A program made the translations under genes and the position numbers. Positions 59,708 to 64,000 of a DNA stretch of 64,000 bases are shown piece after piece. A model generated the notes under the pieces. It was given only the letters and a program-made list of their open reading frames with translations. It had not been told where the DNA came from and searched no databases. Origin of the DNA: a virus (lineage: Duplodnaviria > Caudoviricetes); IMG/VR virus record IMGVR_UViG_3300028888_000085, positions 1 through 64,000 of that record. One strand, written 5' to 3'. Numbering within the stretch: the stretch's first letter is position 1; the number at the start of each line of letters is the position of its first letter.

Positions 59708-59869
59708 GAAAATTAGCAACATGATAACCTAAAAAGCCAGGCACTTTCTGAACAAATTTGGTGTGCGAACAGTTGTCGTTGAGGTTACAAAGGAAATCAC
59801 GGTGAAGAAAACTATCTGTGTCCATAACAGGTATGAACCAAATAATGACGTTGATAATGGAGAGTGACA

Positions 59870-60469
59870 ATGGAAATCACATGGCATGACGGTAAACAGA
59901 CACCAAACGACGAAACCGGCAGCTACATTATTCTGACGAATAAGGGCAACATCGCCGAGGCAGAATGGAGAAACAATCATTGGTATCAGTATCGTTGGAG
60001 TTCGCAGTATGAACCACATGAGGTAAAAGCATGGTGTCGTCTGGACGATGTAAAAGAGACGTATACTCCAGCTAATGTACGATACAGCAGGCAGACTGTG
60101 TTTTGTGTTAAATTTGAAAAAGACGGGTTGGACAATTCGGTTATTTACGATGTGTCTTCCGTACAAGGAACTGGTCAAACTTTCAAATCATACGGTCACA
60201 CGTTCAGTTTTGTGAAGTTCAAAGCTATCTGTGAGCATGATTCTCAGTTGGAGAAGTGGTTTTATGATTACCACGACAAACCTAAGGACAACGTAGGAAC
60301 GGCACGTTTATTTGCAATCAATGGAGAAACCGGCGAAACCGTTCGGACGTATAATTTACAGGACGTGTACCCCGCAAACTGTAAGAGGTTCGATTGTTGC
60401 GATGGTGAGTATTTATCAGTCGAGTTCAATGGTTTGTTTCCGCATGACATGGTAACTGAATCCGTATGA
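59870..60469 (+). CDS. Hypothetical protein
   Basis: GGAG RBS; Trp-rich N-terminal domain. Confidence 0.7.
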   Translation: MEITWHDGKQTPNDETGSYIILTNKGNIAEAEWRNNHWYQYRWSSQYEPHEVKAWCRLDDVKETYTPANVRYSRQTVFCVKFEKDGLDNSVIYDVSSVQGTGQTFKSYGHTFSFVKFKAICEHDSQLEKWFYDYHDKPKDNVGTARLFAINGETGETVRTYNLQDVYPANCKRFDCCDGEYLSVEFNGLFPHDMVTESV

Positions 60470-60560
60470 GCTTTGTCGTGGTGCTGTGCATCATCTGAGC
60501 AGTTAAACGTGCTATACATGTGTTTGTCGTTAGGTCGTTTCGTCATAAGGAGACAAACAC

Positions 60561-60941
60561 ATGGCTACATTCACAAGCAAAAAAGAAATTGTCACGAAAC
60601 TCAAAACACAAATTTCCGAGAAGGATGAAACTGCGATTCATGCACTGTTATTCGTTTATGCGTATCAGGAAGCATCGGAGCAGGACAATTCTGTTACGTC
60701 GTTTAATAATGGCGTAGGATTTAATAAGCATGATGCAGAGTTCTGTACCAGTCTTGTGAACCAATATAACGAACGCGGTTCGTTTTCACGCAAGCAGCTT
60801 GAATGCATCAAGCGTGTGATGCAGAAGTATGCCGGTCAAATCGTCGAAATAAAACTTGGAAATGGCGACATAGTGAAGAATGGTCGTGTTTACACATGGA
60901 CTGCAAATGGAGTAAACTATGAGACAGCTATCCCCGCTTGA
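60561..60941 (+). CDS. Phage hypothetical protein
   Basis: TAAGGAG RBS. Motif NGVGFNKHDA...SRKQ. Confidence 0.75.
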   Translation: MATFTSKKEIVTKLKTQISEKDETAIHALLFVYAYQEASEQDNSVTSFNNGVGFNKHDAEFCTSLVNQYNERGSFSRKQLECIKRVMQKYAGQIVEIKLGNGDIVKNGRVYTWTANGVNYETAIPA

Positions 60942-61476
60942 ATACAGACGTTTTATCGTATGGACGTTTCCGACAGTCATCGACATGCTTTCCGTTCTTG
61001 ATAACCGATGGGTTGCTGTTGAACATGACACTTATTCTGAACGCATTACATCGAGAGTGGAGAAACGTAAAGGCAAGGACGTGACGTGTTATGGCGTAAA
61101 ACCGTTAGACAAACGTGTATTTCTCGAAGCAATCGACAAGGACGGTTTTATTCCGTTCATCGGTCATCTCATTCAAACGTTATATGAGCTTACGCCAGAA
61201 AATACAGATTCAACTGAACTGTATAGTGATGCACATGAAGCGATTTCGGCTCTTCCTGATGCACCTGATTTGCCAGAATCAAGCGACCCAGATGAAATTT
61301 CTCGATGCATAAGTGCTATGCGTTATGTCCTCGGCATGGGGTTTGGCAATCTTGAAAAGTTCAACAAGATTTGCGTTTACCTTGCAAAGGTTTCGATTGA
61401 GATGCTTTTTTGGTATCTTTACCCTTCACAGACGCTTTCTTATGGCAAAGTTGTCGATAACGATGAATCACACTGA
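60919..61476 (+). CDS. Hypothetical protein
   Basis: 185-aa ORF overlapping the upstream gene. Confidence 0.6.
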   Translation: MRQLSPLEYRRFIVWTFPTVIDMLSVLDNRWVAVEHDTYSERITSRVEKRKGKDVTCYGVKPLDKRVFLEAIDKDGFIPFIGHLIQTLYELTPENTDSTELYSDAHEAISALPDAPDLPESSDPDEISRCISAMRYVLGMGFGNLEKFNKICVYLAKVSIEMLFWYLYPSQTLSYGKVVDNDESH

Positions 61477-61493
61477 CAGATTAAAGGATAACA

Positions 61494-61982
61494 ATGATGC
61501 TTATTAAGAAACAAAGGGCATACAGAAGCAGACGACGTGCTTTTGAGATGGCACTGGACAAAGCAAAGTTTCAGGCTGTTGTGTCAGATCATTCCGAACA
61601 AGTGTTGCAGAGCTGGTGTCTGATGGAATATTGCCGTTGTTATCGTCACGATCTCGCAGACACCTATGAGCATTGGCGTACAGAGCTTGAGACACAGCTC
61701 AACACCATTGCACGAAAACTCGTAAAGGGCGACAAGCTCAAATGGACGAAACAGGTGATGATTGACGAGGAAGAGTTTGATCGTGTAGAGAATGTGTTTA
61801 ATGCTTGTCGCGTCAAATTCAGACATGAAAACAGAGATGGCTTAGGAATTACAGACAAGGAACAGCATACGGTTTGCATTCATTGTGCTGATGAAATATA
61901 CGACATCATAGAGTGCATGGCATCACAAGACATCACCATTTACACTGACAGGCGGTTTCCACCTATGGAAACACTTGCATAA
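61494..61982 (+). CDS. Hypothetical protein with basic leader (putative head cargo)
   Basis: Leader MMLIKKQRAYRSRRRAFE then MAL. Confidence 0.6.
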   Translation: MMLIKKQRAYRSRRRAFEMALDKAKFQAVVSDHSEQVLQSWCLMEYCRCYRHDLADTYEHWRTELETQLNTIARKLVKGDKLKWTKQVMIDEEEFDRVENVFNACRVKFRHENRDGLGITDKEQHTVCIHCADEIYDIIECMASQDITIYTDRRFPPMETLA

Positions 61983-62122
61983 CCAATCAACAAAACCGAA
62001 ATTAGGATTAAAGCAATGAGTATGCAGAAATTTAAGTCACAGTGTACACAGTTTATGACTTTGCGTACACTGTGGGAGTGTTCGTTGTGAAGACAATTAT
62101 AGAGACATGTGAGAGGTGAACC

Positions 62123-62749
62123 ATGGGATTAGACGCATATTTCTATATAAAACCCAGATTTCCGAAAGCATCAGAACCGGTCACACCTGAATTGTTGACA
62201 GAAACTTTAAAGAGCTCTGGTGTTAGATACGAACTTGAACGTCTTAAAGTGTGGGCTGAGAAGAATGAAGTTGAGTTCGAGCACGCTCTGTGCAATGCTC
62301 TGTCTCAGTTTAATGCTTCATGTGACGCTACAGAGACGTTCGGTTCGGAAGCTCTTTACTTTCGCAAGTTCCATTTCCTTTTGGAGTTCTTTGGGTACGA
62401 TGACGATTATTATGCAAAAGATATGGTCATCACCAGAGCCAAATGTGAGGAACTTTTCGACCGTGCTAAAAAATGCCTGAATGATGTAGAGAATTACCTA
62501 AAGAAGCAGAAAAGCTGTGTTCTTGGGTATGATGATTTCGGCGTTTTGATTTCATACACGGTGACCGCAAACGAAAAAACAAAAAATCGTATTCATGGTA
62601 TGGTCAACCAAATAACAAACAAAGCATTTCCTTGCAGGTGTTCGGACTCATATTTCGACCATGTGTCGGAACTGCTCACAGGAATACGTTCCATACTGAG
62701 AGATATTGACTGGGATACGGAATGCGTTGTGTTCAATGCAGACTGGTGA
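62123..62749 (+). CDS. Phage hypothetical protein (MGLD-start type)
   Basis: MGLDAYFY...YFRKFH...ADW; GAGG RBS. Confidence 0.7.
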   Translation: MGLDAYFYIKPRFPKASEPVTPELLTETLKSSGVRYELERLKVWAEKNEVEFEHALCNALSQFNASCDATETFGSEALYFRKFHFLLEFFGYDDDYYAKDMVITRAKCEELFDRAKKCLNDVENYLKKQKSCVLGYDDFGVLISYTVTANEKTKNRIHGMVNQITNKAFPCRCSDSYFDHVSELLTGIRSILRDIDWDTECVVFNADW

Positions 62750-62769
62750 TTACAGGACAAGGAACCAAC

Positions 62770-64000
62770 ATGACAAAGAAAAAAACTGACTTTAGAGATA
62801 CGTGGGTTTACACGGGTTATTCCTTAAAACCAGAGCAGTTGGCTGCGTTGGACAAGCTGAGAAAGATGAAGTCTGCCGTCATTGCCCTTGCTTGTGGGAT
62901 GGGTAAAACTTTGGTTTCTTTGCATTATGCAATGGAGCTTTGTGAACGAGGCGTCGATGGGTACAAAGCTCCTGTTCGGTGTATCTTTGCAGTGCCGAAA
63001 GCCGCTTCCATTGCGTATGAACGTGAGTGCGTTACAAAGTTAGGCAAGCCGTATCTTTTGCTTACGGTAAAAAACAAAGATGCCACATGGGAACAGGTTA
63101 TGAACCATGAAATCATAATCGTGGAACACACCTATCTGAAACAGATTGTTCCGGCTTTGTTACGAATTACCGAAACCTTCCCTACGTACCTGTTTATCGA
63201 CGAAGCACACTGCCTTCAGAACGACAAAAGCGAACTGTCAAAGTCGTTATGGTCTGTACGTCAGAAATGTCTTGGTGTGTATTGCCTCACCGGTACTCCG
63301 CTCGTAAACAGCATTGAGGGACTTTACAATCTGTACCACTTCACGTTTCCTCGTGTGTTCACTTCATGGTTCGCATTTCGTGACCGTTATTGTGTGACAA
63401 AAGACCGTGAGATTTACATGCGTAAAAAGGGTCAGGCGTTCAATCCGTATCAGCAAAAACGCATCATCAAGGAAATCATCGGCTACCAGAATATGGAAGA
63501 GCTGAACAAGTACATCGACATGCTAACGATAAAAGGCGCAAAGCATTATGATGTCGAATATTCATTCCTGAAAACCACATTGGATGACGAACTTACGGAT
63601 GCCTATGTGAGTGCTGCACAGGGTCTCCTGGTGACCAAGGATGAAAAGGACTGGGGAGCAAGACTTCACGATTTGCAGCGTGTCGTTGATGGAAATCCGA
63701 TAACGGATGAGGAAGGAAATACGGTATCGCTCCAGGAAGGTTTCGTCTCAAACAAATTCCGACTGATGGCAGATACGTTAAAGTCGGTTATGGACCGAAA
63801 CGAAGCGTGTTTGATTTATGTTGAGTATTTGGAAACTGTTGATCTTGTACGTTCATATATTGAACAACATAAGGATGAATTTGGTGTCAATAGAGTGCAT
63901 ATTCTTTCCGGAGAAATTCCAGAAAAGACGCGTGCAGAGATTGAGGTCATCATGCAGCCGCGTGATGTCGTCATTATGACTTCGTCTGGAACAGCCTCGC
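62770..64000 (+). CDS. SNF2-family helicase, 3'-truncated (absent from the ORF track)
   Basis: Manual translation from ATG 62770 gives LKPEQ, CGMGKT (Walker A), FIDEAH (Walker B) and LTGTPLVN. Confidence 0.9.
   Translation, partial: MTKKKTDFRDTWVYTGYSLKPEQLAALDKLRKMKSAVIALACGMGKTLVSLHYAMELCERGVDGYKAPVRCIFAVPKAASIAYERECVTKLGKPYLLLTVKNKDATWEQVMNHEIIIVEHTYLKQIVPALLRITETFPTYLFIDEAHCLQNDKSELSKSLWSVRQKCLGVYCLTGTPLVNSIEGLYNLYHFTFPRVFTSWFAFRDRYCVTKDREIYMRKKGQAFNPYQQKRIIKEIIGYQNMEELNKYIDMLTIKGAKHYDVEYSFLKTTLDDELTDAYVSAAQGLLVTKDEKDWGARLHDLQRVVDGNPITDEEGNTVSLQEGFVSNKFRLMADTLKSVMDRNEACLIYVEYLETVDLVRSYIEQHKDEFGVNRVHILSGEIPEKTRAEIEVIMQPRDVVIMTSSGTAS

Noticed and set aside
1-64000. Stop-codon reassignment, tRNA genes, introns or inteins, DGR
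   Set aside because: Genes tile well in the standard code with TAA, TAG and TGA all used as stops. No cloverleaf, intein, reverse transcriptase or template/variable repeat pair was recognised by eye.

Overview
64 kb of a large T4-like (myovirus-type) phage genome, read in the standard genetic code. It carries the virion module: tail fibre/receptor-binding proteins, a gp21-like prohead protease fused to a scaffold-like coiled coil, a gp23-like major capsid protein, gp13-like neck, gp15-like tail terminator, sheath, tube, and a tape measure protein with an NlpC/P60 domain. Accessory blocks, an IS607 element, a DNA methyltransferase and a truncated SNF2 helicase are interleaved. Five things stand out. 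(1) Two homologous CRISPR-repeat/omegaRNA hybrid cassettes have no cas or iscB gene in the window: a 4-repeat array (36-bp repeats, 30-bp spacers) fused to a HEARO/omegaRNA-like scaffold at 21.8-22.2 kb (minus strand), and a single-repeat natural sgRNA at 59.5-59.7 kb. Their stems show compensatory base changes. (2) About ten ORFs carry basic leaders or linkers bounded by Glu-(Ser/Ala/Gly) sites also seen in the capsid protein and protease. These are likely head-packaged cargo polyproteins cut by the prohead protease. (3) A ~90-bp intergenic element occurs three times. (4) A candidate late promoter, TATCNAA, recurs upstream of plus-strand genes. (5) The IS607 TnpB is pro-Fanzor-type and its reading frame overlaps all of tnpA. 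All family calls are by eye from motifs; no database searches or folding programs were run.
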